DNA of 64,000 nucleotides from Acidimicrobiia bacterium (GTDB lineage Bacteria > Actinomycetota > Acidimicrobiia > IMCC26256 > JAGNEX01). Each line of letters begins with the position of its first letter. Position 1 is the first letter of the stretch. Both the position numbers and the translations under genes were made by a program. Shown here piece by piece: positions 18,587 to 28,158 of this stretch. The DNA lies in contig JACJWE010000002.1 of assembly GCA_020637365.1 (NCBI GenBank), positions 464,776 to 528,775 of the forward strand. Direction: 5' to 3'. Under the pieces are notes generated by a model, which saw nothing but the letters and a program-made list of their open reading frames with translations, searched no databases and had not been told where the DNA came from.

Positions 18587-18662
18587 GCCGGGTAGCTCAG
18601 TTGGCAGAGCGCACGCCTGAAAAGCGTGAGGTCACCGGATCGACGCCGGTCCCGGCCACCAT
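18587..18662 (+). tRNA. tRNA-Phe (anticodon GAA), CCA encoded
   Basis: Acceptor GGCCGGG/CCCGGCC, D arm GCTC-AGTTGGCA-GAGC, anticodon loop CTGAAAA, 3' ACCA. The T loop reads ATCGACG, which is atypical (A at position 54). Confidence 0.85.
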
Positions 18663-18789
18663 TTCACCGGTCCACGGTTCCACTCCTCAGACGGACCGCA
18701 TCCTCCGGGGACATGCCCCCGATCTACCCACCGCAGATCCCACGATATGAACCGTAGGGTGCTGGACCGACGGGTAGGTCTCCGCCGAG

Positions 18790-19270
18790 TCAGTGCCTGC
18801 TGGCGCTGGCGGCAGCCTCTTTTGTGGCGTTTTCGATCACGCTCTCATCGATGTCTGAACAAAGTTGGCGGGTTTCCCACCAGGTGATGGCAATCGCCGC
18901 GCGCTCGGGCAGCGCCTGATCTGCCGGGACGACGACCAGATCTCCACCGCTGGTGAGCGACGTGAGTTGCTCGAACCCTTCGTCATCGACCTGGTCGGGG
19001 TCATAGACGACCACCGCCATACCTTGATGCAGCGCGGTGACCTGCTCGACCGGACTGAGCGGCGTCGTCGTAGGCGCCAGGCTGTGGGGCAAAGCGAGCG
19101 TCGAGGTGCCGACCTGATGCCGGCGGGTAGGTGTCGTAGACGACATCCGCGCCGGGCAGAGCGTGTCCGCCTCCCGAACTATCCACAATGTGTTCTGGTG
19201 CGGAACACACCCCCGATGCTGACCCGTCGCTGCCCGCACATCCCACAACAACGCCAGCCAACATCAACAC
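18790..19270 (-). pseudogene. DUF3105-like lipoprotein, apparent frame shift near 19055-19075
   Basis: ORF 19001-19270 supplies MLMLAGVVVGC|AGS (lipobox) and ...VVYDTYPPASGRH...APQPGAYDDA. ORF 18790-19251, in another frame, supplies ...LSPVEQVTALHQGMAVVVYDPDQV... Together they resemble the DUF3105 pattern PPxSGxH...G.Y...vHnlEHG.vv..Y (from memory). Confidence 0.5.
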
Positions 19271-19325
19271 GATAGCCAGGATCGGTACCCCCTGCGTCGC
19301 TCCGGATGTTCGGATTGCCGAGAAG

Positions 19326-20069
19326 TCACTGGCTCAGGGGGAGGCTCGACAACAACGCGTCAAAATGAAGAATGACCGCGTCGCCGGACGGTCCCGCAGC
19401 AGCATCGACGTCGTCGAACGCCCCCGCGTAACGAATCGCCCTGAAACCGGCCTGTTGTGCCCCCGCCATATCGGTCCTCCTCCGATCGCCGATGTGTGCC
19501 ATCGCCGTCGGATCCGGTCTACCAAGCCCTGTGCGAGCTTGTTCAAACAAGAGCGGATCGGGTTTGTAGACGCCGTAATCGTCTGAAAACACCGTCACGT
19601 CGAAGGCATCGAGCAACCCAACGGCATCGAGCGAACGTTTGAGCACCGCAGAGGAGGTGTATCCGACGTCGCAGATGATGCCGAGTCCGATACCTCGCTC
19701 GGCGAGCCGCGCAATCGCCTCAGCCACCCCAGGAGCGAGCGGAATGTCGATGAACTCATCGGGCGGAGCAAACGACGCCACCAGGGCGTCGGCGATAGGA
19801 GCCACCTCGGGCACCGACGCCTGCAAACGGGCCAGGACGTGGCGCCCACCGTCTGATCCGGACAGGTGTTCGTTGCGTTCCCACGCGTCGTTCCAGAAGT
19901 GATGCCCAGCTTCCAGCGCAGCCCATACATGCGCTGGATCGACGTCGATGCCCGACGAGGAAATGAGATCGGTCATCCGATCAAAACGCCGCTGACGCAT
20001 GGACGGCTTGAGTTCGGCTTCGACACAGATGGTGTTCCAGAAATCGAACGTCACCGCCTCTATCGGCAT
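19326..20069 (-). CDS. HAD-superfamily hydrolase
   Basis: N-terminal motif I-like VTFDFWNT. C-terminal part reads VYKPDPLLFEQA...MAHIGDRRRTDMAGAQQAG (motifs III/IV). Confidence 0.65.
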   Translation of the reverse strand: MPIEAVTFDFWNTICVEAELKPSMRQRRFDRMTDLISSSGIDVDPAHVWAALEAGHHFWNDAWERNEHLSGSDGGRHVLARLQASVPEVAPIADALVASFAPPDEFIDIPLAPGVAEAIARLAERGIGLGIICDVGYTSSAVLKRSLDAVGLLDAFDVTVFSDDYGVYKPDPLLFEQARTGLGRPDPTAMAHIGDRRRTDMAGAQQAGFRAIRYAGAFDDVDAAAGPSGDAVILHFDALLSSLPLSQ

Positions 20070-20151
20070 CGGACTTCGCTCCTGGTCAGAGGGGACGTCA
20101 TCAGCTCAGCCCCGACCGACCGCGCAGGCAACCTCGGCTCAGGCATTGAGG

Positions 20152-21603
20152 TCAGACCCGGACGCTCGGAGGCTCTTCCTCTTCACTCCACGCACGTTCG
20201 GGGCGACACACTCCGGTCGCTTGCGCTGCTGCGCTGACCGAAGCGACCACCGCCTTGACGACGCCGGTGTCGAATACCGACGGAATGATGTAGCCAGCGT
20301 TGACCTCATCGTCCGAGATGACGCCAGCAATCGCGTCCGCTGCAGCCTGTTTCATCTCTTCATTGATGCGGGTCGCTCCCGACATCATGGCGCCCTTGAA
20401 GATCCCCGGGAAGGCCAACACGTTGTTGATCTGGTTGGGATAGTCCGAACGGCCGGTCGCGATCACCGCCGCGATGTCTTTGATCTCCTCGGGCGAAATC
20501 TCGGGATCGGGGTTGGCCAGCGCAAACACGATGGGCTGGCGCGCCATCGCCGCGACGTCTTCCACCGTGATAACCCCTGGTCCGGAAACTCCGATGAAAA
20601 CGTCTGCACCAGGCATCACATCGTGAATGGTGCCCGTTCGACCTTCGAGGTTGGTGTGCTGGGCGAGCCAGAGTTTGGCCGGGTTATTCGCCAACCCATC
20701 GCGTCCGAGGTGCAGCACACCTGTTCGGTCACATGCGGTGATGTCCTTCACCCCGCGACCCATCAACATCTTGGTGATCGCGACTCCCGCGGCACCAGCA
20801 CCGGTCATGACGACACGCACATCGGCCAGTTCTTTGCCGACAACCTTGAGGGCGTTCGTCAGAGCGGCCATAACAACGACCGCTGTGCCGTGTTGATCGT
20901 CGTGAAATACCGGGATATCAAGCTCTCTGACCAGGGTTTCTTCGACTTCGAAGCATTCGGGCGCCGCGATATCTTCGAGGTTGATACCACCGAAGTTGGG
21001 GGCGATTGCCTTGGTAGCGTCGATGAGCTCCTGCGTCGAAGAGACGTTCAGGGCCATGGGAAAGGCGTCGATCCCGGCGAACTCTTTGAACAACATCGCC
21101 TTGCCTTCCATAACCGGAAGCGAGGCGTTGGGGCCGATATCGCCGAGCCCGAGGACGGCGGTCCCATCGGTCACGATCGCAACGGTGTGCCGTTTGATCG
21201 TGTACTCCCACACTTTGTCATCGTCCTTGGCGATCGCATTGCACACGCGAGCGACGCCGGGGGTGTATGCCATCGACAGCTGGTCACGGTGCACGAGCGG
21301 CGTCTTGGAGACCACTTCAAGCTTGCCGCCCTCATGGAGGATGAACGTCCGGTCGGTCACACCTTGGACGCGGACGTCATCGAGATTTTCGACCGCCGCC
21401 CGGATCTGCTCGGCATGAGCCTCGTTGCGCGCATCGACGGTGATGTCTTGTTCGACGATGCCGTCACCGGTGTGGTGGATCTGCACATAGGAGATGTTGC
21501 CGCCGACATCTGCAATCGCTTGGCAGAGACGGGCGAGAACCCCAGGCGTATCCATCAATTGCATACGCAGGGATAGGGAGTATGAGGCGCTGAGTGATTC
21601 CAT
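20152..21603 (-). CDS. NAD(P)-dependent malic enzyme with N-terminal ACT domain
   Basis: MESLSASYSLSLRMQLMDTPGVLARLCQAIADVGGNI is ACT-like. It is followed by LSMAYTPGVARVC..., VAIVTDGTAVLGLGDIGPNASLPVMEGKAMLFKEFAGIDAFP and VVMTGAGAAGVAI. Start set at ATG 21603. Confidence 0.9.
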   Translation of the reverse strand: MESLSASYSLSLRMQLMDTPGVLARLCQAIADVGGNISYVQIHHTGDGIVEQDITVDARNEAHAEQIRAAVENLDDVRVQGVTDRTFILHEGGKLEVVSKTPLVHRDQLSMAYTPGVARVCNAIAKDDDKVWEYTIKRHTVAIVTDGTAVLGLGDIGPNASLPVMEGKAMLFKEFAGIDAFPMALNVSSTQELIDATKAIAPNFGGINLEDIAAPECFEVEETLVRELDIPVFHDDQHGTAVVVMAALTNALKVVGKELADVRVVMTGAGAAGVAITKMLMGRGVKDITACDRTGVLHLGRDGLANNPAKLWLAQHTNLEGRTGTIHDVMPGADVFIGVSGPGVITVEDVAAMARQPIVFALANPDPEISPEEIKDIAAVIATGRSDYPNQINNVLAFPGIFKGAMMSGATRINEEMKQAAADAIAGVISDDEVNAGYIIPSVFDTGVVKAVVASVSAAAQATGVCRPERAWSEEEEPPSVRV

Positions 21604-21780
21604 AGGTTCGGCGAAACCTAGCAGTCCCCAACACACAGATGGAACACACCTTGTTACGGCGCTCAACCGATGGGGCGGTGCCCGGCACGACTCGGGGTGA
21701 TCGTGTCCGGTCGGCCAGATCGAGATGGGCACCTATGTGGGCGCAAGAATCCTGGACAGGTACCCCTACAATGTCGCGGC

Positions 21781-22566
21781 ATGGCACGAATCTTGACCAT
21801 CGCCAACCAGAAGGGTGGCGTCGCAAAGACGACGACCACACTCACCCTCGGCGCGGCGCTGGCCGAGCTGGGCGAGCGCGTGCTGCTGGTCGACCTCGAC
21901 CCGCAGGCTTGTTTGACGTTCTCCTGCGGCGTCGACCCCGACGGGCTTGAACTGTCGCTGCACGACATGTTCGTCCGGCGAAAGTCGGCGTCTCAGGTCA
22001 TCGTCAACCTCGAGAATTTCGACCTGTTACCCGCCAACATCGACCTGGCGGGGTCCGAGATGCACCTTCTCACCAAAACCGGGCGCGAACATGCGCTGGC
22101 CCGAGCCCTCATGCCAGCACGCCGCCACTACGACACGATCCTCATCGACTGTCCCCCGAGTTTGGGCGTGTTGACAATCAATGGATTGACCGCTGCTGAG
22201 CAGGTCATCATCCCCATGCAGTGCGAAACGCTGTCGCACCGCGGCGTCGGTCAGCTGTTGGAAACGATTGAAGATGTTCGTGCGTTTACCAACTCTGAAC
22301 TAGCGATTCGAGGCATCGTGGCGACCATGTATGACGGCCGAACACGTCACAGCCGCGAAATCCTTGACGCGGTGACGACTCAGTACCAGCTATCCGTGTT
22401 GGAGCCGCCGGTCCGCAAGTCTGTGCGATTCGCCGAAGCGCCTCAACAGGGCAAGACCATCTTGGACGCGGGCGCACATCCTGGAGCCGACGCCTATCGA
22501 GCGATCGCGGCAACGCTCCACGCCGAGGGTCCCTCCGCCGACGACTCCCCCGACGGAGAGGCATAG
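21781..22566 (+). CDS. ParA/Soj-family P-loop ATPase (orphan ParA-like)
   Basis: MARILTIANQKGGVAKTTTTLTLG carries the deviant Walker A KGGxxKT. Further motifs: VLLVDLDPQA, ILIDCPPSLG. Confidence 0.9.
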   Translation: MARILTIANQKGGVAKTTTTLTLGAALAELGERVLLVDLDPQACLTFSCGVDPDGLELSLHDMFVRRKSASQVIVNLENFDLLPANIDLAGSEMHLLTKTGREHALARALMPARRHYDTILIDCPPSLGVLTINGLTAAEQVIIPMQCETLSHRGVGQLLETIEDVRAFTNSELAIRGIVATMYDGRTRHSREILDAVTTQYQLSVLEPPVRKSVRFAEAPQQGKTILDAGAHPGADAYRAIAATLHAEGPSADDSPDGEA

Positions 22567-22568
22567 AG

Positions 22569-22943
22569 ATGGCTGGTTCACCTGACCCCTTGGGCAAACG
22601 TGCCCTGTTCGGCGACGGGGCTGAGAGCGGCGATGCGGACCGCCTGACCGACCCCCATGTCGATGCCGACGGCGGAGCTGCCGACCAGGACAGCGACGTT
22701 GATGACGCGACGGGGCGGGACACCCCATCGGGTAAACGGGCGTTGTTCTCCCAGAGCGAGGCCAAGCGAGGGTCCATGGTCCTCGAATGTTCGCACTGTC
22801 ATGCACGAACGCCGATCAGTCTGAGCGAACTCGCCAGCAAGCTCATCACGGCGCCCATCTTCTTCCCGTTCCGACCCCACCGCCGTCTGATGCGCTGCCC
22901 GGCCTGTCGAGACACAACGTGGGTTACCGTCAAACGCGGCTGA
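22569..22943 (+). CDS. Small acidic protein with duplicated GKRALF motif and C-terminal CxxC...CxxC zinc ribbon; candidate ParA partner
   Basis: 124 aa, starting 2 nt after the parA-like stop. Contains PLGKRALFGD and PSGKRALFSQ, then CSHCHARTP...(spacer)...CPACRDTTW. Confidence 0.6.
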   Translation: MAGSPDPLGKRALFGDGAESGDADRLTDPHVDADGGAADQDSDVDDATGRDTPSGKRALFSQSEAKRGSMVLECSHCHARTPISLSELASKLITAPIFFPFRPHRRLMRCPACRDTTWVTVKRG

Positions 22944-22974
22944 TACCCCTCACCGTTTTCTCCGAAAGATTCTC

Positions 22975-23898
22975 ATGCGCCAGCTCCTCCTCATCCTCCT
23001 CTCGATCAGCCTCGTCGCGTGCGGATCGAGCGACTCCGATGACGATTCCTCATCAGATCCCGCTCCGACCACCACCGAGGCCAACGCTTCAGATAGCGAA
23101 GCGACCGCGACGACCGATGACCACATCGACGACGAATCCGACGCCGAGGCCGATGGGACCGATGGCGGCGGCAAGGCAGATGACGACGAATCCGACGCCG
23201 ACTCACGCGACGAGTTCGTGACAAACGCGCCGAAGCGCAAGTCCGGCACGACCAACGGCACGCAACAGATCGTCGATATGGACGCGCTCGAAGCCGAGTT
23301 TCTCAGCTCGACGAGCTGCGATGAACTCGTCGGACATTTCAACTCGATGATGGGCGAGGTTTTCGCCTATGTCGACGATGCCGACTTCGACCCGTTGGCA
23401 GACCCGGGGATCCTCGCAACGCTCAACGAGGAGATTGCCTCGGTGACCGGCGGCGCATACACCGAGAAGGCCGATGAGCTCGGCTGTGGACAAATTTGGA
23501 TGGCCCAAGAAGTCTGCGCTTCTCTTGCTGGACTCGAGCCGCAAACACCGACGGGTGCGGGCTTCATCGCTGGCGCCAACTCGGCGACGTGTGACGATCT
23601 CAGCGCGGGAATGGCAAGCGGTGACGACGAAGCGACAGCAGCTGAGACGTCGGAGTTTTGTTCACGGCTGGTCGAACTCAGTGTTGGCCTCGACCCCGAG
23701 GATATGGATTCCATTGCCGAGCTCTATGCCGAACTAGGCAAAGTTGCCCCCGATGCGGTGCAACCCGACTTCGAACTGATGGCCGAAATGTCGGCGAGCC
23801 TCGCGGGTGGTGGGACCCTGCCAAGCGGGGTTGGCGATACGGAACTCACCGAAGCGGCCGAATCGGTCTCGACCTATATGGCCGAAGCCTGCGCCTAG
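22975..23898 (+). CDS. Highly acidic secreted lipoprotein, unknown function
   Basis: MRQLLLILLSISLVAC|GSSDSDDD has a lipobox. An Asp/Ser/Glu-rich linker is followed by a Cys-containing C-terminal domain. Confidence 0.65.
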   Translation: MRQLLLILLSISLVACGSSDSDDDSSSDPAPTTTEANASDSEATATTDDHIDDESDAEADGTDGGGKADDDESDADSRDEFVTNAPKRKSGTTNGTQQIVDMDALEAEFLSSTSCDELVGHFNSMMGEVFAYVDDADFDPLADPGILATLNEEIASVTGGAYTEKADELGCGQIWMAQEVCASLAGLEPQTPTGAGFIAGANSATCDDLSAGMASGDDEATAAETSEFCSRLVELSVGLDPEDMDSIAELYAELGKVAPDAVQPDFELMAEMSASLAGGGTLPSGVGDTELTEAAESVSTYMAEACA

Positions 23899-23951
23899 CG
23901 GGGCGGCAGCTTAGAACTCAACACCTTGTAAGGACACGAGTTACCTACGTT

Positions 23952-24305
23952 TCAGCTCCGGATTTCGCGCAACCGTGCGTTGATGAGGCGAGCGACCAAG
24001 GCGTGTGACGGTGCGGTGTCGATCGGGAACTTCAGCGCACCCTTCGGCGCTTGAAAACCTTCGAGTTGGTCCGGCGACATCGCTGGCAGGATCGCACCGC
24101 TGTGGGGCAGATAGCTCAGGTGTGACTTGGCTGCGGAGAATCCGGCTACTGCTTTGCCGTCGACTCGGAACGCCGGAACGCCGTACGACATCCCTTGTTC
24201 GGCGTCCGGGACGATGTCCAGAATCGTCCGACGCAAGGTGTCTAGCGCGACCCGCTTCGGCTCATCGAGCGCTGCGAGATACCGATCGACCTCTTCAACG
24301 GACAT
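23952..24305 (-). CDS. DUF1801 (YdhG-like) domain protein
   Basis: MSVEEVDRYLAALDEPKRVALDTLRRTILDIVPDAEQGMSYGVPAFRVDGKAVAGFSAAKSHLSYLP matches the DUF1801 layout (from memory). Start set at ATG 24305. Confidence 0.65.
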   Translation of the reverse strand: MSVEEVDRYLAALDEPKRVALDTLRRTILDIVPDAEQGMSYGVPAFRVDGKAVAGFSAAKSHLSYLPHSGAILPAMSPDQLEGFQAPKGALKFPIDTAPSHALVARLINARLREIRS

Positions 24306-24506
24306 GTTGATGCTCCAGTCAGCAGCGGCGATCAGGGCAATGAACAACGCAAGTCAAGTCCAGGGCGCTCGGGGACCCGCCGAGCACCAAGTCCGATTGC
24401 GGCACTACTCGGGCCGCAGGAGCGGAATTGTTTGACGCTACGGGCGAGATGATTGGCCGTCTTGGGCCCCCCTTACAGCTTTTCGGCTGCTGCTAGCCTC
24501 GCGCCG

Positions 24507-25346
24507 ATGTCGGACGACGCACAACGCGCGAGCAGGCCTTCTGACAAAGATGGCACACAGACCGGTCAAACGGCCGCTCCCCACCCGCGGATCGTGATGA
24601 TCCATGGGGCATTCAATGAGCTGTGGGGTCCCCACGAGATCCATGCTCGATGGGTGCCCGCGCTGCGCGACGGGCTGTGGCACCACGGCACCGATGTCGA
24701 CCCTGCCGATGTGACGGTCTGCTTTTATGGCGACCTTTTTCGGCTCGACCCGAAAAAGTGCGACGACGATGCCTGGCGACACACCCGCGCTGGTGCTGCC
24801 GAAGCGCTCGAAGCGTTCGCGGGCGGCAAAACCGACAGTGAGATCGGCGAGATCGTCGGTCAGGCAGCCAGCGCAGCTGCATGGGACCGCACCGTCGACA
24901 TGGTTGCGGTTATGGCCGACAACCCCGGCATTTTCGACACCGTCCTCGACCGTCTCTCCCGGGCGATATCCAGCGGGGTCGACGTGTTAGTCGCTCATTC
25001 GATGGGGACGCTGTTCGCGTATCACCTGCTCCAGACCCGGCCCGACCTTTCGGTCGAGACGCTGGTGACGTTGGGATCACCACTCGGAACGAAACAGGTC
25101 CAAATGCTGTTGCCGCCACCCGCGCACGACGGCACCTACCCCTGGCCGGGTTCGGTCAAACGGTGGCTCAACGTCTCCGCTGTCGGCGACCACGCGACCG
25201 GCTCGGGCAGTCTCACCAAGAACTTCGGCGATCGGGTGGAGAACCACCGCATCGACAACGGACACCGTGCTCACGCTCCTGAGCCGTACCTCAACTGCGC
25301 TGCGACAGGCGCTGCGATCGCCGAGGCTCTGACGTCCGATTCCTAG
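24507..25346 (+). CDS. Alpha/beta hydrolase (lipase-like)
   Basis: IVMIHGAFNELWGP..., nucleophile elbow LVAHSMGTLFAY, and late LGSPLG. The start could instead be 24453. Confidence 0.6.
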   Translation: MSDDAQRASRPSDKDGTQTGQTAAPHPRIVMIHGAFNELWGPHEIHARWVPALRDGLWHHGTDVDPADVTVCFYGDLFRLDPKKCDDDAWRHTRAGAAEALEAFAGGKTDSEIGEIVGQAASAAAWDRTVDMVAVMADNPGIFDTVLDRLSRAISSGVDVLVAHSMGTLFAYHLLQTRPDLSVETLVTLGSPLGTKQVQMLLPPPAHDGTYPWPGSVKRWLNVSAVGDHATGSGSLTKNFGDRVENHRIDNGHRAHAPEPYLNCAATGAAIAEALTSDS

Positions 25347-25398
25347 CGTCCTGGAAGGTCAGAACGCTGGTTGGCGGAGCTGACCGATCAGCGCTGGT

Positions 25399-26067
25399 TC
25401 AGTCCGTGGTAAACGGCGGGTACTCGTCGGTCAACAACAGGCCATATGCATACAGGCGGTTGTAGACCCGCAGGCACTTGACGATCCAGTCCCGCAGCGT
25501 CTCGTTCCAACTGCCGGTGAAGAGCACCGTCACGGCGCCGATCAGAAAGGCAAAATGGGCAACGATCATGATCAACGCTGCGAAAACGGCCGCCGGGATG
25601 ACCCACAACGCTCGCAACCCAACGGTCAACCGATTGCGATCCTCGAGTTCGGGTTCGACCCAATGGCGCACCGGGTAGGTTCGAGGATCTTCAAAGCTTT
25701 CCGAGAACGAGAACGGTGGATAGACCGCAACGAGTCCAAGCGCGTAACCAGCGACGCGAAACGCGTAACGCATGGACATCTCGGTGAGCTGAGCAAGCCC
25801 TCGCGGCATCTTGCCGGTGAACACGATCACGAACCACGCAATGACGGACACCGCATTCATAAGGGTGCTCAGTGCGGACATCAAAATCAGGTGCGGCAGC
25901 GCCAGCAACCATTGCACCAGCGGACGCCACCGATCGATCGCGTCGGGCGTGTCGACCTCGACGTCGGTTGGATACATCGCCGAAGCGACCGGCATATTCG
26001 AAGAATCCACGTGCACCATCTCCCACCGGATGTCGACCTGGGGCCAACGTTGAACAAACAGGATCAC
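25399..26067 (-). CDS. DUF4389 membrane protein (two DUF4389-like halves)
   Basis: Two copies of the pattern: ..LLALPHLILMSALSTLMNAVSVIAWFVIVFTGKMPRGL...VYPPFSF and ..LWVIPAAVFAALIMIVAHFAFLIGAVTVLFTGSW...TDEYPPFT. Confidence 0.65.
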   Translation of the reverse strand: MILFVQRWPQVDIRWEMVHVDSSNMPVASAMYPTDVEVDTPDAIDRWRPLVQWLLALPHLILMSALSTLMNAVSVIAWFVIVFTGKMPRGLAQLTEMSMRYAFRVAGYALGLVAVYPPFSFSESFEDPRTYPVRHWVEPELEDRNRLTVGLRALWVIPAAVFAALIMIVAHFAFLIGAVTVLFTGSWNETLRDWIVKCLRVYNRLYAYGLLLTDEYPPFTTD

Positions 26068-26391
26068 TACTGGCCATCACCTCTGGGATTGAACATGCGA
26101 ATGGTCGGACCCCCCAGGAGGCATGACGACGGGAGGATACCGATGGACGGGCATTGCGTCGAGGACCACCGGCGCGGCAGCGTCAATGGGCCCCATCGTT
26201 GCACGGACCCCTGCCTTGTCGTTCTGAGCGCGAATCGGCTTGGTCTGGTTTCCCGACAGAAGCTGGGAAGCGTACGACCGAACGCGATTGAGGACTCGGC
26301 TACTCCCCACAAGTCACCGAGCCCTCAATCCGCCGAGGTTGCACGTCCTGGTTACGGGTCGACCAGCGTGCAACGGCGATCTGTGCTGTCG

Positions 26392-27726
26392 CTATGCCGC
26401 GGTGCGCGACCCAACGTGCTGCTGTGCATCTGCTTCGTTTTGGATAGCGGCACCGGACCGGGTCGGACTCGCCCAGGTCTGGTGTTCGCCATCCATGCTT
26501 CCGGGTATGCCCCGCAGCTGGGCGAACGTCCTCGCCGAAGCTGCATACTCGGCGACCGAGAGCACGTAATTTCCGACATAGAGAAACGGTGCGCTCAGGG
26601 AGAACTTGAGCCGCTCGCGCCGGGAGTAGAACGGTTCGCGCCAAGCGTTGAGCATCATGTAGAGCGAAACCGTGACGATCGCCATTTCCAGTGTGCCCCA
26701 GTCGCCGAGCTTCACGATCAGGTAGCCGAGGAATAGCAGGAAGAGCGGTTCGAGCAGAAACACCACGTCAAACATCACTTCAAGTGGGAGAAATACCCAG
26801 GTCAGCGAACGCTTGAAGCGGCTGTCTCGATTGAAAAACATGCGCCGCTGTTTGAAGAACGTCTGCGTTCGACCCCACTTCCATCGGTGACGCTGCCTCA
26901 TAAGCGACCCAAAATCGGGACACGCCTCTGTATATGCGATGACGTCTGCTGCATAAATACATGTAGGCGTTCTGTTGCCAAATTTCTGTAGCAGCTTCAT
27001 CGAAGCGTCGATATCTTCGGTCACCGTATTCGTGTCGTATCGCCCTACCTGGTCAAATACATCTCTGCGCATCATTGAGCCAATTCCACCAATGATGTAG
27101 TCAAACCCCAAGACCGTTTGGGCCCGCTTCATGCGGTAACAGGTGAGGTACTCGAACCGCTGCAGGTAATTCAAGATCCCTTTGGCAGGCACAATCTTGA
27201 CGTGCGTAGCAACAGAACACACACCTTCATTGCGGAAGTACTCGACACCGCGTTTGGCAGCCTCCGTACTCAGCGCAGAATCAGCGTCAAGGCACATGAA
27301 GATGTTGTAGTCGTCGTACTCCTCCCGCTCAGCCAGGTATTGGAGCGCGTTGTTGAGCGCGGCTGCCTTACCTTGGTTGGCCTGGGTCAGCACGACCACC
27401 TGCCGTTTGGGATTCGTGGATTCAAAGCGTTCCGCGATCTGCAGGGTTGAGTCGCTCGAGCCGTCGTCGACGACGATGTGGAGGATTTTGTGTGTTGGGT
27501 AATCCACCTGGGCGACCGACTGCAGGCAGTGCTTCAATGTTGTTTCTTCATTATGAGCAGGGGTGATGACGACCAGAGCTGGCAGCTCGTCTTCGGTGAA
27601 GGGAGCACTCGCGACTAGGCGTCGGCGCCAGCGCGGGTACATCTCTGATGCGGCCAGGTAAAAGCCCATCCGAACCAAATTGAGCACCGCAACCACCCCA
27701 AACATGATTGCGAGAATGCGCATCAT
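26392..27726 (-). CDS. Membrane-embedded processive family-2 glycosyltransferase (PgaC/IcaA/NodC-like synthase), paralog A
   Basis: N-terminal TM, then VVITPAHNEE, VVDDGSSDST, FMCLDADS, GGIGSMMRRDVF, TVTEDIDASMKL and QRHRWKWGRTQ (QxxRW). C-terminal TM bundle and tail GEHQTWASPTRSGAA. Confidence 0.85.
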   Translation of the reverse strand: MMRILAIMFGVVAVLNLVRMGFYLAASEMYPRWRRRLVASAPFTEDELPALVVITPAHNEETTLKHCLQSVAQVDYPTHKILHIVVDDGSSDSTLQIAERFESTNPKRQVVVLTQANQGKAAALNNALQYLAEREEYDDYNIFMCLDADSALSTEAAKRGVEYFRNEGVCSVATHVKIVPAKGILNYLQRFEYLTCYRMKRAQTVLGFDYIIGGIGSMMRRDVFDQVGRYDTNTVTEDIDASMKLLQKFGNRTPTCIYAADVIAYTEACPDFGSLMRQRHRWKWGRTQTFFKQRRMFFNRDSRFKRSLTWVFLPLEVMFDVVFLLEPLFLLFLGYLIVKLGDWGTLEMAIVTVSLYMMLNAWREPFYSRRERLKFSLSAPFLYVGNYVLSVAEYAASARTFAQLRGIPGSMDGEHQTWASPTRSGAAIQNEADAQQHVGSRTAA

Positions 27727-27810
27727 CTTGGGAACACCTCGGTGAGGACCGCCCTATCGGGCGGAGTCGGGCTGCTCCACACACCGAGCAGCCCGAAGGG
27801 GGCAAAGCAT

Positions 27811-28044
27811 TTAGGCTTGATCGTCAACGACGAGATCGGCGTCTTTACGTCCTGCGATCCGCTTGAGGATCAGCCCGGTGCCGATCAGCGCACCGGCAAA
27901 CATGGCCAGTTCCGCCGAGTGACTTCCTGTAAAAGCCAGGGCATCAGTGTTCGGAAACTCACGGGTGGTGACTTTGCCCAGCACAAGCGCACCGGTTACC
28001 GGAGTTGCAACTGAGCTGAGACCAAGGGAGGTTGAGAAGGCCAT
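27811..28044 (-). CDS. 77-aa small protein with two hydrophobic segments and an LAFTG + hydrophobic + KRIAGRK stretch
   Basis: AAAGGAG lies 7 nt upstream of ATG 28044. Sequence: MAFSTSLGLSSVATPVTGALVLGKVTTREFPNTDALAFTGSHSAELAMFAGALIGTGLILKRIAGRKDADLVVDDQA. Located 84 nt upstream of GT2 paralog A on the same strand. Confidence 0.55.
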   Translation of the reverse strand: MAFSTSLGLSSVATPVTGALVLGKVTTREFPNTDALAFTGSHSAELAMFAGALIGTGLILKRIAGRKDADLVVDDQA

Positions 28045-28158
28045 GGGGGCACTCCTTTAAAGACTGCAAGCCGTGGCTTGCCTACGGGATGACGGAGGTC
28101 ACCATATCGACCGGAGAGCCAATATTTCAGAATCGCTTCGGGGTTCTTAACCCAAAAT

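Noticed and set aside
18493-18750. 85-aa ORF spanning the tRNA region
   Set aside because: It is simply a translation across tRNA-Asp and tRNA-Phe, both of which fold into canonical cloverleaves.
18663-19326. Integrated element downstream of the tRNA cluster
   Set aside because: No integrase, no repeat of the tRNA 3' end, and the adjacent genes are ordinary (DUF3105 lipoprotein, HAD hydrolase).
19999-21576. 525-aa plus-strand ORF
   Set aside because: Fully antisense to the malic-enzyme gene, which has unambiguous motifs. Its own sequence is Arg/Asp/His-rich and motif-free.
25555-26736. 393-aa plus-strand ORF
   Set aside because: It overlaps the DUF4389 and GT2-A genes on the opposite strand. 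Arg/His-rich shadow ORF.
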